DNA of 63,910 nt, filler included, from 5 parts of 5 records of this genome joined end to end with filler, not necessarily neighbours in it, one strand, 5' to 3'; positions 10,327 through 21,835 are shown, counted from the whole stretch's first letter. Notes: generated by a model from the sequence alone, not told the origin. Translations and numbers: made by a program.

Positions 10327-11757
10327 CTAGTTAACCAGTTTCCTGATCTTTTTCCTTGTTACTATTTTATATGCTTCCATCTCTCTGACAGTGCGTCCCT
10401 CTTCGAGGCTTTTGATTCCTGTCAGATATTCCGACATATATGAAGGATTCATTATCTTTTCCATGAAAAGAACTATGTCGTAGCCCAGCATATCTTTTAT
10501 TGTAGGGAGTGCTGTGTAATCGTTATAATAGTCTTCATTAAATCTTTCTACGTGTGGTTTTCCAAGTTGGAGAACCTCAGTTACCACGTATGAACCTTTG
10601 AAATATTCCACGTATTCCGGGCTGAAAAACTGCTTTCCAAATCCCTCAACAGCGCAAGCGATAATAGTCTTATCAGGTTTGTTCGAGTAAAATCTCAGAA
10701 ATGGCACTACCTTTACAAGCTGAGCTTCTGAACCTGCTACAGCAAATGATATAGTCGCATCCTCTCCCAGCTCATCTTTTACTGTCCTAAGAGTTGACTG
10801 AAAATTCTCGTCTGTAACGCTGAACTTGTAAATTTTTATATCTGAATTTTTATACTTCTCTTCTATCTCTAGTGCTTTATCATAAAGATCATCTGTATAT
10901 CCGAGCACCAGATTAAGCCCGCCATTTAACATCGCAAGGTTTACCGCTTCTTCAAAAACTTTCTCCATCTCAAGGTCAAACTCATAAAGGTTGGTTTTTG
11001 AAGTCAGAATCTTACTATATGCATCAAATGTAAAATCATAGTCTTCCTTTTCACCGCTAAAATCCAGCTCCACATCTATACCAAGCTTACTAATTGTATA
11101 GAGCATCGCCTCAAGAAGCTTAGGGTCACTTTCAGATGATTTCACATTGACCTTTATCTTCTCCATCAGCTTCGCCCCTTTATCAGGCACTTCATCAACC
11201 TTTTTCGGCTCTTCAAAAATCTCTATCTCAATTTCCTGCTCATCTTTCACTATCTCATCTGTTGCACACTTCTTTACATCACCATTAATTATAGCTCTCC
11301 CTTCCTGAGCGCAGTAATGTTTAAAAGCTTTCTCTGCTTTTGCATCGATATCCACTGCTTTGAGATACTCAAGCTGCTCATCCATCATGGCTATATCATT
11401 GCTTTTATTAGCCGCATCATAGAGCCATAGATGTCCGGATATTCTTGTGAATCTATCAAAATAACTGTCATCCATATTCTCTTTTAGAAGTCTATACCCC
11501 TGCTCTACATCTCCGTTGCGCACATAATGACGCCCCAATATTAACCCTGCTGTTTTAGCAGCAGACTTATCACTGGATTGCATCATCTCTTTCATCTTGC
11601 GTATGTCAGCACGAGTCAGGTTTTTTACAGCGTAATACTCTCTGTTGAAAATTCTTATCGGTTCAGGCTTTTGTACCTGCTCAATACAACCTGTCAGCAG
11701 CACCAGCACGGCTAAGTATAGTATAAGTCCTTTGAATCGGTTCTTCATATCTGACAT
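10327..11757 (-). CDS. hypothetical lipoprotein (TPR-like N-half, periplasmic-binding-like C-half; possibly LpoA/LppC-like)
   Basis: Lipobox LLTGC; long ORF; family assignment is inference. Confidence 0.6.
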   Translation of the reverse strand: MSDMKNRFKGLILYLAVLVLLTGCIEQVQKPEPIRIFNREYYAVKNLTRADIRKMKEMMQSSDKSAAKTAGLILGRHYVRNGDVEQGYRLLKENMDDSYFDRFTRISGHLWLYDAANKSNDIAMMDEQLEYLKAVDIDAKAEKAFKHYCAQEGRAIINGDVKKCATDEIVKDEQEIEIEIFEEPKKVDEVPDKGAKLMEKIKVNVKSSESDPKLLEAMLYTISKLGIDVELDFSGEKEDYDFTFDAYSKILTSKTNLYEFDLEMEKVFEEAVNLAMLNGGLNLVLGYTDDLYDKALEIEEKYKNSDIKIYKFSVTDENFQSTLRTVKDELGEDATISFAVAGSEAQLVKVVPFLRFYSNKPDKTIIACAVEGFGKQFFSPEYVEYFKGSYVVTEVLQLGKPHVERFNEDYYNDYTALPTIKDMLGYDIVLFMEKIMNPSYMSEYLTGIKSLEEGRTVREMEAYKIVTRKKIRKLVN

Positions 11758-12298
11758 TTAGATACCCCATCTTATTCGTTTTCATCAGTTCGTTGGCTAC
11801 CTCAAGCTCGTCAGCAACATTCTGCCCCTTGTAAAGCACCCAGACACTGTCTATATCGGCTAAATTCATCGTATAGTTAATCATTTGTTCCACTTTGGCA
11901 ACCCCACGTGACAAAATGGTTTTAAATTTTCTATCCTTAATATTTTCACACCTTGATGTGATAACTTCAACATTTTCTAAGCCAAGTTCTTTCGTAGCAT
12001 CTTCTAGGAATTTACACTTCTTTGCAACACTGTCTATTAATGTAAATTTCATTTTCGGATACATTATAGCGAGTATAACTCCTGGGAATCCACCACCTGT
12101 ACCTATATCCGCTACATCACCTTTAAGCAGCTCTCTCTTCTCAGTATAAAGCAGGAAACTATCCAGTACGTGCTTCAGGTAGAATGTTTCTTTATCCTTT
12201 ATCGCAGTCAAGTTCAAGGTAGCATTCACATGCATCTGATAAAACTGCTCTATAAGGTTCAATTGCTTTTCATCAAAATCGTAATAATCATTTATCAT
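11681..12298 (-). CDS. rsmG: 16S rRNA m7G527 methyltransferase
   Basis: NLTAI, KHVLDS, DIGTGGGFPG, LIDSVAKK; directly after mnmG. Confidence 0.93.
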   Translation of the reverse strand: MINDYYDFDEKQLNLIEQFYQMHVNATLNLTAIKDKETFYLKHVLDSFLLYTEKRELLKGDVADIGTGGGFPGVILAIMYPKMKFTLIDSVAKKCKFLEDATKELGLENVEVITSRCENIKDRKFKTILSRGVAKVEQMINYTMNLADIDSVWVLYKGQNVADELEVANELMKTNKMGYLNVRYEEPIQRTYTILSRAGAADRLY

Positions 12299-14156
12299 TT
12301 TTTGCTCTTATATGTATGTGAAGTAGTGATATTGCCGCCGGTGTCATACCTTTAATACGGCTCGCCTGACCTAATGTTGCAGGTTTTATCTCTTTCAACT
12401 TCTCTTTGTACTCTCTGCGAAGTCCCTCTATCTCATCTATATTTAAGCTGTCGGGTATCTTCACATTTTCTATCTTATTAAATTTCTCAATCTCAAGTTT
12501 CTGCTTCGATAGATATCCTTCATATTTTACAGCGATCTCTACCTGCTCTGATATCTTCTCATCATCAAGACCTCCACCGAACATATCTTTAATATCCTGA
12601 TATGTCAGCTCTGGTCTGCGTAATATCTCTTTAGCATTTGTCTTATTTCTAGGCTTTATGTTGTACTTTTCAAGTTTTACCAGATTCTCTTTGCAAGGAG
12701 TAATCTCTATACTTTCAAGCCTTGCTACTTCCTCTTCGAAAACCTTCTTCTCCGCATTATACCTGTCATACCTAGCCTTAGATATCAACCCGAGCGAATA
12801 TCCTTTATCTATCAGCCTGTGCTCCGCATTATCTTCTCTCAGCCAAAGCCTATATTCTGCCCTTGATGAAAACATCCTATAAGGTTCATCTACACCCTTA
12901 TTTACAAGATCATCACACATTACCCCTATATAGCTCTCATCACGCTTAATAATCATTGGTTCCTTGCCGTCGATAGCCAACACTGCGTTTATCCCGGCTA
13001 CTAGCCCTTGCGCTGCTGCCTCTTCATATCCACTTGTCCCGTTCAACTGCCCTGTAAAATAAAGTCCCTTAATTTTTTTGGTCTCCATTGTTGGGTTCAG
13101 AGCTGTCGGCTGTACAAAATCATATTCTATCGCATACGCCGGACGCACAAACTCCACATTCTCAAGACCAGGTACAGACCTGTACATCGCTATCTGTACA
13201 TCAACCGGTAGCGACGATGAAAATCCGTTTGCGTAATACTCTCTCGACTGAAGCCCTTCCGGCTCCAAGAATATCTGATGCCTGTCCTTATGTGGAAATT
13301 TTTTTACTTTATCCTCTATGGACGGGCAATACCTCGGACCAACCCCTTGTATCACCCCGCTATACAGAGGTGATCTATGCATGTTCGCCCTGATAATATC
13401 ATGAGTCTCTTCGCTAGTGTATGTCACAAAACACGGTACTTGCGGAAGGTGTATCTCTTTTGTTTCAAACGAGAATGGCTTCGGCGGGAAATCCCCCGGC
13501 TGTTCTTCCATCTTACTAAAATCTATAGTCCCAAAGTCTAGCCTAGCCGGTGTTCCTGTTTTTAAGCGCTCTGTCTCAAACCCTAATTTATGCAGTGCAC
13601 CCACTAAATTGATTGAAGCAAACTCATTCATGCGCCCTGCGCTATAGTTGCAATCACCTATGTGTATCAGCCCTTTCAGAAATGTACCCGTAGAGAGAAT
13701 CACTTTCCTAGCTCTATACAACATCCCCGTATCACTTACTATACCAACGACTTCGCCATCTTTTGCTTCAATATCCTCAACCATCCCCTGCTTGAGATCC
13801 AGGCTTTCCTGTTTCATAATCACTTCAAGGATGCGTTGTCGGTAAAGCTCTTTGTCCGCCTGTGCCCTACTTGAACGTACCGCAGGTCCCTTTTTCATAT
13901 TAAGCACACGGAATTGTATCCCTGTCTCATCTATATTCTTAGCCATCTCTCCACCAATGGCATCAATATCTTTAACGATATTACCTTTGGCTAGCCCACC
14001 TATAGCTGGATTACAGCTCATCTGTCCCAGTGATTCTATAGATATCGTAAACAGAAGTGTACTTGCACCCATACGTGCCGCAGCTAGTGCCGCTTCACAT
14101 CCTGCATGTCCACCACCAACAACAATTACGTCATATGTCTTTTCGTACTCTAACAT
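12288..14156 (-). CDS. mnmG: tRNA uridine 5-carboxymethylaminomethyl modification enzyme
   Basis: GGGHAGCEAA, SCNPAIGG, RLKTGTP, GPRYCPSIEDK, GQLNGTSGYEEAAAQG. Confidence 0.98.
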   Translation of the reverse strand: MLEYEKTYDVIVVGGGHAGCEAALAAARMGASTLLFTISIESLGQMSCNPAIGGLAKGNIVKDIDAIGGEMAKNIDETGIQFRVLNMKKGPAVRSSRAQADKELYRQRILEVIMKQESLDLKQGMVEDIEAKDGEVVGIVSDTGMLYRARKVILSTGTFLKGLIHIGDCNYSAGRMNEFASINLVGALHKLGFETERLKTGTPARLDFGTIDFSKMEEQPGDFPPKPFSFETKEIHLPQVPCFVTYTSEETHDIIRANMHRSPLYSGVIQGVGPRYCPSIEDKVKKFPHKDRHQIFLEPEGLQSREYYANGFSSSLPVDVQIAMYRSVPGLENVEFVRPAYAIEYDFVQPTALNPTMETKKIKGLYFTGQLNGTSGYEEAAAQGLVAGINAVLAIDGKEPMIIKRDESYIGVMCDDLVNKGVDEPYRMFSSRAEYRLWLREDNAEHRLIDKGYSLGLISKARYDRYNAEKKVFEEEVARLESIEITPCKENLVKLEKYNIKPRNKTNAKEILRRPELTYQDIKDMFGGGLDDEKISEQVEIAVKYEGYLSKQKLEIEKFNKIENVKIPDSLNIDEIEGLRREYKEKLKEIKPATLGQASRIKGMTPAAISLLHIHIRAKNDK

Positions 14157-14227
14157 TAACCTATTATCCCTGCACCTGAGCAGTCTTCAACTGCAGTTGT
14201 GCCATTTTTCCACTGGACAATGCCCAG

Positions 14228-14243
14228 TGTTTCACGTGAAACA
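14228..14243. promoter_or_regulatory. parS centromere-like site
   Basis: Perfect 16-bp palindrome TGTTTCACGTGAAACA, the canonical ParB/Spo0J consensus. Confidence 0.9.
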
Positions 14244-14270
14244 TAAACTTTTCCACAATTTTTAATTAAT

Positions 14271-15584
14271 TTATTTTCCAATACAGAAGTTATCAAAAAT
14301 ATTAGACAATATATCTTCTGTATATGATAATCCAGTGATTTCAGACAATAATCTCAGAGAAGAATTAAGTTCATACTCAAAAATATCAAAATCAATTTCA
14401 GAATATACACGCAACTTTTCAACAGACTTCAATATTTGGTCGAAATAATGCTTTTGCCGCTCAGTCACCATTACAGATTTACTATAAGAGTCCGAATCTA
14501 CCACCGCAACCTTTTCAGCACATAAATTGATTAAACGATCCATATCTGTGCCGTGCTTTACTGATACAAAGCAGTCAACAGCATCAAAACTAAGCTTATT
14601 CTGAGCATCACACTTATTAGCGACAATAAGCCTATCTAAATCTTTTGTAATGCTTAAAACATTCTCATCTTCATGATTTAACGGTTCAGAATTGTCGAGC
14701 ATAACAAGTACAAGGTCAGCATCATTAATAAGTGCCACAGTCTTCTCTATCCCGGCCTTCTCAATCGCATCATCAGTGAACCTCATCCCTGCTGTATCCA
14801 CCAATGATATAGGTATACCATTCAAGGTAAAAGATGACTCTATATAATCTCTTGTTGTACCAGCTACTTCTGAAACAATAGCCCTGTCTTCTTTAAGAAT
14901 AAAATTCATAAGTGACGACTTACCTGTGTTAGGCTTGCCTACTATAGCAACACGAAATCCGTCACGGAGAACTTTATGAGATGAATACGAATTAAGAATA
15001 TCACTCACTGCAACCTGAAGCTTCCCAAGCTCATCGAAAACAATCTTCTCATGAGCCTCTTCGATATCCTCTTCAGGGAAATCGATATGAGCTTCAATGA
15101 TGGTAAGCGCATTTATAAAAATATCACGTATACCCTCTATTTCCAAGCGCATAGAGCCTTTTAGCTGGCTGTAAGAATAGTCTATACCCTTACGGGTTTT
15201 CGAATCGATAAGCTCAGCTACAGATTCAGCCTGAGTAAGATCCATCTTGCCATTAAGAAATGCTCTCTTGGTAAACTCACCAGGTTCAGCACCCTTAAAG
15301 CCAAGTTTCTCAAAGTCTGAAAAAGCTGATGAAATGATTAAAGGATTACCGTGGAAGGATATTTCAACAACATCCTCTCCGGTATAAGAAGCGGGTCCAG
15401 CGAAAAATGTGACCAGCACATCATCCGAAACAGACCCGCAATATTTGGTATAACTTACTTTCTTATGCTCCAGCACATCTAATTCCAAGAGGCTAGTAAC
15501 TAACTTAGCCCCGGAGCCGGAGATGCGGACAACAATAACAGCTGATGGTATCAGCGGGCTCAGCGCCGCATAAATGGTTTCCAT
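14271..15584 (-). CDS. mnmE: tRNA modification GTPase
   Basis: SYTGEDVVEI, GEFTKRAFLNGKMDL, GKPNTGKSS, GTTRD, FCIGK terminus. Confidence 0.97.
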   Translation of the reverse strand: METIYAALSPLIPSAVIVVRISGSGAKLVTSLLELDVLEHKKVSYTKYCGSVSDDVLVTFFAGPASYTGEDVVEISFHGNPLIISSAFSDFEKLGFKGAEPGEFTKRAFLNGKMDLTQAESVAELIDSKTRKGIDYSYSQLKGSMRLEIEGIRDIFINALTIIEAHIDFPEEDIEEAHEKIVFDELGKLQVAVSDILNSYSSHKVLRDGFRVAIVGKPNTGKSSLMNFILKEDRAIVSEVAGTTRDYIESSFTLNGIPISLVDTAGMRFTDDAIEKAGIEKTVALINDADLVLVMLDNSEPLNHEDENVLSITKDLDRLIVANKCDAQNKLSFDAVDCFVSVKHGTDMDRLINLCAEKVAVVDSDSYSKSVMVTERQKHYFDQILKSVEKLRVYSEIDFDIFEYELNSSLRLLSEITGLSYTEDILSNIFDNFCIGK

Positions 15585-15588
15585 AGTT

Positions 15589-16437
15589 TTAAAGTGTAGC
15601 TTCGAAAGCCTTCATAGTGTTGGCAAGAAGCATAGCGATAGTCATTGGTCCTACACCGCCAGGCACAGGTGTTATATAGCTAGCCTTCTTTTCAACTTCT
15701 TCGAAAGCAACGTCACCACAAAGCTTTCCATCGTCTTTACGGTTCATTCCAACGTCAATAACCACTGCACCCTCTTTAACGAAATCAGCAGTGACATATT
15801 CGCCTTTACCTATCGCCGCAACGATGATATCTGCACCTTTACAAACCTCAGCGATATTCTTTGTGCGTGAGTGACAAACAGTAACAGTACAATTAGCTTT
15901 AGTAAGCAGTGATGCCATAGGTTTACCAACAATATTACTGCGTCCTATGACTACGGCTGATTTGCCGGAAGTTTCGATACCGTACTCTTTAAAAAACTCC
16001 ATACAGCCAAATGGTGTGCAAGGGAAGAGTGTATCGTCACCGATGTTCATAAGCCCCACGTTAAATGGGTGGAAACCGTCTACATCCTTCTTAGGATCTA
16101 TAGCGTAGAGAACTTCGTTCTCCTTGATCTGATCCGGAAGCGGGAGCTGAACAAGGATACCATTAATAGTATCATCGTTATTATACTCCGCAACCTGAGC
16201 GAGAAGCTCCTCAGTCGTAGTTGTTTCCGGCATACGGTTAACGATGGACTTGTATCCAGCCTCTTCGCACGCTTTATTTTTCATACGGACATAAACCTGA
16301 CTAGCTGCATCCTCACCAACGAGTATTACAGCGAGCCCAGGAACTCTGCCAGTATCTGCCTTATATTTGTCTACCTTAGTCTTCAGTTCCGCTCTGACCT
16401 TCGCCGCCAGTGCTTTCCCGTCCATCAGTGTCGCCAT
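15589..16437 (-). CDS. folD: methylenetetrahydrofolate dehydrogenase/cyclohydrolase
   Basis: [37 protein letters not shown]. Confidence 0.97.
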   Translation of the reverse strand: MATLMDGKALAAKVRAELKTKVDKYKADTGRVPGLAVILVGEDAASQVYVRMKNKACEEAGYKSIVNRMPETTTTEELLAQVAEYNNDDTINGILVQLPLPDQIKENEVLYAIDPKKDVDGFHPFNVGLMNIGDDTLFPCTPFGCMEFFKEYGIETSGKSAVVIGRSNIVGKPMASLLTKANCTVTVCHSRTKNIAEVCKGADIIVAAIGKGEYVTADFVKEGAVVIDVGMNRKDDGKLCGDVAFEEVEKKASYITPVPGGVGPMTIAMLLANTMKAFEATL

Positions 16438-18628
16438 TGATATTCCCCTCTTTAATTACTGCAAAAGCTATGATGTCGTCGTCGTTAGTATCCATAAGCT
16501 TAACGCCCATAGTGTCACGACCCATCTTAGAGATGCCTTTAACCTCTGTTCTGATAGTTTTCGCAGACTTAGTTATAATCATTACATCATCATTTTCAGT
16601 TACCTGTTTAGCACCAACTACAAAGCCGGTCTTAGGACTCACTCTGCAAAGCTTAAGCCCCTTACCGCCTCTGGTCTGTACACGGTATTCACCAACAGGT
16701 GTTCTCTTACCAAAACCGAGAGATGTAACAGAAAGGATGTAAGGCGCTCCGGTGAGAACCTCCATACTCATAAGCTCATCTCTATTCTCTAAAGTAATAC
16801 CTCTGACTCCGCTAGTGCTTCTACCCATAGCTCTTGCATCAGTAGATGAGAACTGGATAGTTTTACCACCTTTGGTGGAGAGGATAATTGTATCTTCGTC
16901 AGTTGTGATATCCGCAGTGAGGATCTCGTCACCCTCACGAAGTTTGATAGCTACAATTCCGCTTCGTCCTGACTTGAACTCTTCGAGGCTTGTCTTTTTA
17001 ACAACACCCTCTTTAGTAGCGAAGAAGAGATATTTACCTTCTGTCTCCTGAGGTACAGCAACAACAGATGCAACGAATTCATCGTGCTCAAGTGTCAGCA
17101 GGTTAGATATATGTCTGCCTTTAGCATCACGAAGAGCTTCCGGCAGAGTGTAAACCTTAAGGTAATGAACCTTACCAGTGTTGGTAAAGAACATAAGCCT
17201 TGTATGGTTAGTGGTTACAATCAGGCGCTCAACAAAGTCTTCCTCTTTGCTTCCTGCACCGGTCTTCCCTTTACCGCCACGCTTCTGCGCTACATAGCTT
17301 GAAAGAAGTGTGCTCTTCACATAGCCGTTATGTGTCATAGTTACAACTTTTTCTGTATTAGGGATAAGGTCTTCGTCTTCGAATTCCTGAAGCCCTGGTG
17401 CTATCTCAGTTCTTCTTTCGTCGCCGTATTTATCAAGAACTTCCTCAAGCTCATCTTTGATGACGCCCATCATAACCGCACGGTTACCGAGGATGCTCTT
17501 GTAATATTCGATATCTTTAAGTGTAGCTTCGTACTCTTCCTTCAGCTTTTCAATCTCAAGACCTGTAAGCTTCTGGAGTCTCATCTCAAGGATAGCTTGT
17601 GACTGAATGTCAGAGAAACCAAACTTTTCACAAAGGTTCTTTTTAGCATTAGCAGTATCTTTAGAAGCCTTAATCGTTTTGATCACTTCATCGATATTTT
17701 CAACTGCTTTAATAAGACCTTCTAAGATGTGAAGTCTCGCCTCAGCTTTATTAAGGAGGAACTGTGTCCTTCTCGTAACAACGGTTACACGGTGCTTGAT
17801 GAATTCCTCAAGAATCTGTCGAAGGTTAAGTGTTTGAGGCTTACCGTCAACGATCGCAACCATGTTGAAACCGAAAGAAGTCTGGAGCTGAGTAAATTTA
17901 TAGAGTCTATTAAGGACAACGTCTACATTCTCACCCTTTTTAAGCTCAATAACCACTCTGATTCCGTCTTTGTCAGATTCGTCCCTAAGGTCAGTGATAC
18001 CAGTAACCTTCTTATCAGCAACCAGCTCAGCGATCTTTTCGATCATATTCGCTTTATTTACAAGGTAAGGGATTTCATTTACTACAATTACAGGTTTACC
18101 AGACTTAGTCTCCTCGAAAGAGACCTTAGCTCTGATAGTGATTGATCCACGCCCAGATCTGTAAGCAGTTTGAATATCTTTGCTGCCCATAATAATCCCA
18201 GCTGTAGGAAAATCAGGACCCTTAACAACTGAGAGTATGTCCTCAGTAGTGTATTCAGTGTTATCGATCATAAGCTTTAAGGCAGATATAATCTCAGTGA
18301 TATTGTGCGGCGGAATGTTAGTCGCCATACCAACAGCAATACCGGAAGTACCGTTCACAAGGAGCGCAGGTACACGGGTAGGGAGCACAAGAGGCTCCAT
18401 CATAGAACCATCGTAGTTCTCTCCGAAATCTACAGTGTCCTTATCAAGGTCTGCAAGCAGATCATCAGATATTTTTGAGAGCCTTATCTCAGTATATCTC
18501 ATAGCCGCAGCAGAGTCGCCATCTACAGAACCGAAGTTACCCTGACCATCCACAAGCGGATATCTGAGTGAGAAGTCCTGAGCCATACGCACTATAGTAT
18601 CGTAAACAGCAGAGTCACCGTGCGGGTG
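16376..18628 (-). CDS. gyrA: DNA gyrase subunit A (5' truncated at contig end)
   Basis: [18 protein letters not shown] active site, GyrA-box QKRGGKG, beta-pinwheel repeats. Confidence 0.97.
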   Translation of the reverse strand, partial: HPHGDSAVYDTIVRMAQDFSLRYPLVDGQGNFGSVDGDSAAAMRYTEIRLSKISDDLLADLDKDTVDFGENYDGSMMEPLVLPTRVPALLVNGTSGIAVGMATNIPPHNITEIISALKLMIDNTEYTTEDILSVVKGPDFPTAGIIMGSKDIQTAYRSGRGSITIRAKVSFEETKSGKPVIVVNEIPYLVNKANMIEKIAELVADKKVTGITDLRDESDKDGIRVVIELKKGENVDVVLNRLYKFTQLQTSFGFNMVAIVDGKPQTLNLRQILEEFIKHRVTVVTRRTQFLLNKAEARLHILEGLIKAVENIDEVIKTIKASKDTANAKKNLCEKFGFSDIQSQAILEMRLQKLTGLEIEKLKEEYEATLKDIEYYKSILGNRAVMMGVIKDELEEVLDKYGDERRTEIAPGLQEFEDEDLIPNTEKVVTMTHNGYVKSTLLSSYVAQKRGGKGKTGAGSKEEDFVERLIVTTNHTRLMFFTNTGKVHYLKVYTLPEALRDAKGRHISNLLTLEHDEFVASVVAVPQETEGKYLFFATKEGVVKKTSLEEFKSGRSGIVAIKLREGDEILTADITTDEDTIILSTKGGKTIQFSSTDARAMGRSTSGVRGITLENRDELMSMEVLTGAPYILSVTSLGFGKRTPVGEYRVQTRGGKGLKLCRVSPKTGFVVGAKQVTENDDVMIITKSAKTIRTEVKGISKMGRDTMGVKLMDTNDDDIIAFAVIKEGNINGDTDGRESTGGEGQSGTED

Positions 18629-18728
18629 NNNNNNNNNNNNNNNNNNNNNNNNNNNNNNNNNNNNNNNNNNNNTTAATTAATTAANNNNNNNNNNNNNNNN
18701 NNNNNNNNNNNNNNNNNNNNNNNNNNNN
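18629..18728. other. artificial contig spacer
   Basis: N-run, TTAATTAATTAA, N-run. Confidence 0.98.
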
Positions 18729-18839
18729 TCGTGGCTGTATAAGAAACTAATTAAATTTATATAGTTAACAAAAAATTAAAAAAGCAGAAACCACTGTTTC
18801 TACTTTTTTATAATATATTGATTTTTAATTCTTATAATT

Positions 18840-19235
18840 TTACTTAAGATTATTTTCTTTCAAAATCTTTAGAGCTTTTTCATTATCAGAAAATTGAAAT
18901 ACTGTTACAGCTTGTCCATCTTCTTTCGAAAATGCATACATATACTCAATATTTACATGTTGCTCAAATAACGGCTTTAATACTGACGTCAGTCCTCCGG
19001 GAGTATCTGAAATATTAACTTCTATTACATCTTCAACTGTTGCCACAATATGTTTATTCATTAATAGCTGCCTAGCTTTTTTTATATCAGAACAAAGTAA
19101 CCTAACAATTCCATGTCCGGATGATTCGGAAATTGTCAAAGCATGAAGGTTAATATTGGCCTCCGCTAATGCCTCTGTTACTTCATATATTATTCCCGGA
19201 GTATTCTCAAGTTTTATACTGATCTGTTTTAACAT
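18840..19235 (-). CDS. tandem ACT domain protein
   Basis: KQISIKLENTPG...NIEYMYAF pattern; AGGAGG RBS. Confidence 0.85.
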   Translation of the reverse strand: MLKQISIKLENTPGIIYEVTEALAEANINLHALTISESSGHGIVRLLCSDIKKARQLLMNKHIVATVEDVIEVNISDTPGGLTSVLKPLFEQHVNIEYMYAFSKEDGQAVTVFQFSDNEKALKILKENNLK

Positions 19236-19406
19236 AATATCCCTCCTAAAACTTCTACATTTTTACTTACCATTATATTATATACCATTTTCTCTTTAAG
19301 TTAAAGAGAATATTGATATCTAAAATAAAAGATGGTATTATACTTTATAAGATAAAAGATACTATACACTTTAGAAATATTGATTTACGAAAGGAGAATT
19401 TTATCT

Positions 19407-21173
19407 ATGAAACATTTTATTAAATTTATATTTAAACTTATATTTAGTACCTTAAAAAAAATAATCATGTTTATTCTCTCAACTGTCTTGATGATTGCAT
19501 TAATTTTTTATTTTTTTAATTTAGTTGTAACACAAAAAATGGAGGAGATTATACCTGAAAAAAAATTCGAATTGAAAGCCAATTCCTATATTGAACTCTC
19601 ATTCCCAGAGGGTTTAAGAGAAAAATCAAGAGGAAATCAACAATTCATGAATTTCTTTGAAGAAGCACCAGCTACACTTTATTCGGTTATCAGATCACTT
19701 GAAAATGCTAAAACAGATGAAAAGATAAATGGCCTGTATATCGATCTTGATAAAATCAGACTCTCTGCTGCACATACCGAAGAGATCATTGAAAAAATAG
19801 GAGATTTTAAATCAAGTGGTAAAAAAGTTTATGCCTTCGGAAATTTCATTCATACAGGTAATGTTAAATTTGCTTTGATTGCTGATGAAACTGCTATGAC
19901 TCCATCTCATTCAACAAATTTTCATTTAACTGGTTATTCTTATGCAACTCCATATTTTAAGCCATTATTAGATAATTTAGGAGTTGAATTCCAAGTTGTT
20001 CATATTGGTGACTACAAAACTTATGGTGAGCATTTGGTAAAAGATGAAATGAGTATGGAAAGAAAAAGTGAAATAACTAGAATATATGACAAAAGATATA
20101 GTGAACTAAGTAATAATATTGCTGATAAATTAAATCTTAATAGCTTCGATATTACTGAAGATATTTTTAATGGTGATTATGCAAGAAACGATGCTTTTGA
20201 TGCAAAAGAAAAGGGAATTATTACTTCAGTGGAGTATAAAGAAAACTTTATATCAAAACGTGATCTTAAAAACAGAGTTAGTATCTCAAAATATCAAAAT
20301 TACGTACCTAATAAAGATTCAGAAAATAAAATTGCATTAATATATGCAGAAGGAAATTTAATTTACGGAGAAGCTGTAAATTTATCAGAAAACGTTATTA
20401 GTCCTTCTGTTTTAATTGACGAAATTGATAGAGCTCTAAAAAATGATTCTATTAAGGGAATTGTATTAAGAGTTAATTCCCCCGGTGGAGTTGCGTTATC
20501 AGCTGAAATTATCTCTGAAAAATTAGCTGAAGCAAAAAGTAAAAAACCAATCTATATATCAATGGGAAGTTCTGCTGCTTCAGGTGGTTATTATATCTCA
20601 GCAAATGCTGATAAAATCTTTGCTGACAAAGCAACCATTACAGGTTCTATTGGTGTAGTAAGTATGATTTTTAATTTAAATGAGTTCTTTGAGAATTTAA
20701 ATATTAATATTGAATCTATCTCAAAAGGAAAATATTCTGATCTGTATTCTCTTCAAAGAGCTCTTACCGAAGAGGAACTAAATCTTATGCTTCAAACACA
20801 GTTAAATATTTATGATGAATTTAAACAAAGAATTATCGATGGTAGAAAAATTGATCCAGATTCTTTAGAAGAGATTGCTCAAGGAAAAATTTGGCTTGGT
20901 GATGAAGCTCTTAAAAATGGATTAATTGATCAAATAGGTGGTCTGGATACAGCTATAGAGGAGCTTGCCCTGAGTCTTTCTTTACCGGAATATCAGGTTG
21001 TAGAAATAGTAAAACCATTAGATCCAAAAGAGTTATTTAATAAAATCGCAGGCAGAATGACAACAAATACATTTTTAAATGATTTAAATACACTTGATCA
21101 AAATATTGAATATATAAAATCAAATCATAAACAAGCGTTAACACTAATGCCATATGATCTTGAGCTTAAATAA
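19407..21173 (+). CDS. sppA: signal peptide peptidase SppA (67-kDa type)
   Basis: N-terminal TM; GDYKT, RVNSPGG, SAASGGYYI, TGSIGV, AQGKIWLG. Confidence 0.92.
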   Translation: MKHFIKFIFKLIFSTLKKIIMFILSTVLMIALIFYFFNLVVTQKMEEIIPEKKFELKANSYIELSFPEGLREKSRGNQQFMNFFEEAPATLYSVIRSLENAKTDEKINGLYIDLDKIRLSAAHTEEIIEKIGDFKSSGKKVYAFGNFIHTGNVKFALIADETAMTPSHSTNFHLTGYSYATPYFKPLLDNLGVEFQVVHIGDYKTYGEHLVKDEMSMERKSEITRIYDKRYSELSNNIADKLNLNSFDITEDIFNGDYARNDAFDAKEKGIITSVEYKENFISKRDLKNRVSISKYQNYVPNKDSENKIALIYAEGNLIYGEAVNLSENVISPSVLIDEIDRALKNDSIKGIVLRVNSPGGVALSAEIISEKLAEAKSKKPIYISMGSSAASGGYYISANADKIFADKATITGSIGVVSMIFNLNEFFENLNINIESISKGKYSDLYSLQRALTEEELNLMLQTQLNIYDEFKQRIIDGRKIDPDSLEEIAQGKIWLGDEALKNGLIDQIGGLDTAIEELALSLSLPEYQVVEIVKPLDPKELFNKIAGRMTTNTFLNDLNTLDQNIEYIKSNHKQALTLMPYDLELK

Positions 21174-21266
21174 GTTTCATTTTAATTTTGTGTATTGAAA
21201 ATTCCTGTAAAATAAACTATACTTAAATTGTATATTGGTTACGCAAATTATCCGGAGGTGTTGTTT

Positions 21267-21776
21267 ATGCTGAAATTTGAAGAAGCTTGGGATTACAATG
21301 AATATCTTATATCATCACTGAAAGAGTACCATGTGAAGCAATCTAAAATTTATGACAAAATATCTTTAGATCCGGAAGTTATTAAAAAAGTTAAAGGTTT
21401 GCGCATTAATACCAATATAATTGTATTTGCGGAAATTTACTGTCCTGACAGTAGAGTTGTCATTCCTATCCTGGAAAAAATACGATTAGAAAATGACAAA
21501 ATAAATCTGTATATTTTTCCAAGAACTGGTAATGAAAAATATATGGAGCTTCATACTGAAAACTCAAGAATCCCCTCTATTATGATTGAGGATATTGGCT
21601 TGGGGGAAGATGAACTTGTTCTGATATATGAAGAGTTTCTGCCGAATTTTAAGAAGATGCTTGAATCATTAGAAACAGATAAAAAAGATGATTTAATCTA
21701 TCAATATAGGACTGGAAGTCATAATGAAAAGATTCAGCATTTTTTAATTGATGAAATCTTGAAAATCACTAGATAA
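21267..21776 (+). CDS. thioredoxin-like protein (CPDS variant)
   Basis: FAEIYCPDS..VIP and SRIP cis-Pro region; GGAGGTG RBS. Confidence 0.75.
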   Translation: MLKFEEAWDYNEYLISSLKEYHVKQSKIYDKISLDPEVIKKVKGLRINTNIIVFAEIYCPDSRVVIPILEKIRLENDKINLYIFPRTGNEKYMELHTENSRIPSIMIEDIGLGEDELVLIYEEFLPNFKKMLESLETDKKDDLIYQYRTGSHNEKIQHFLIDEILKITR

Positions 21777-21782
21777 GTATGG

Positions 21783-21835
21783 CAGAATAATATTGGAGTT
21801 ATTATTTTAGTTTCTCCAATATTATTCTGTTTTTA
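21783..21835 (+). terminator. intrinsic terminator / long inverted repeat
   Basis: CAGAATAATATTGGAG...CTCCAATATTATTCTG followed by a T-run. Confidence 0.7.

Noticed and set aside
14160-14270. oriC itself
   Set aside because: Only one good DnaA-box-like 9-mer in about 110 nt; insufficient
18590-18628. Quinolone-resistance substitution in GyrA
   Set aside because: QRDR reads [10 protein letters not shown], i.e. wild-type Ser and Asp
18673-18684. TTAATTAATTAA repeated four times in the window
   Set aside because: Always embedded in N-runs; a synthetic all-frame stop linker
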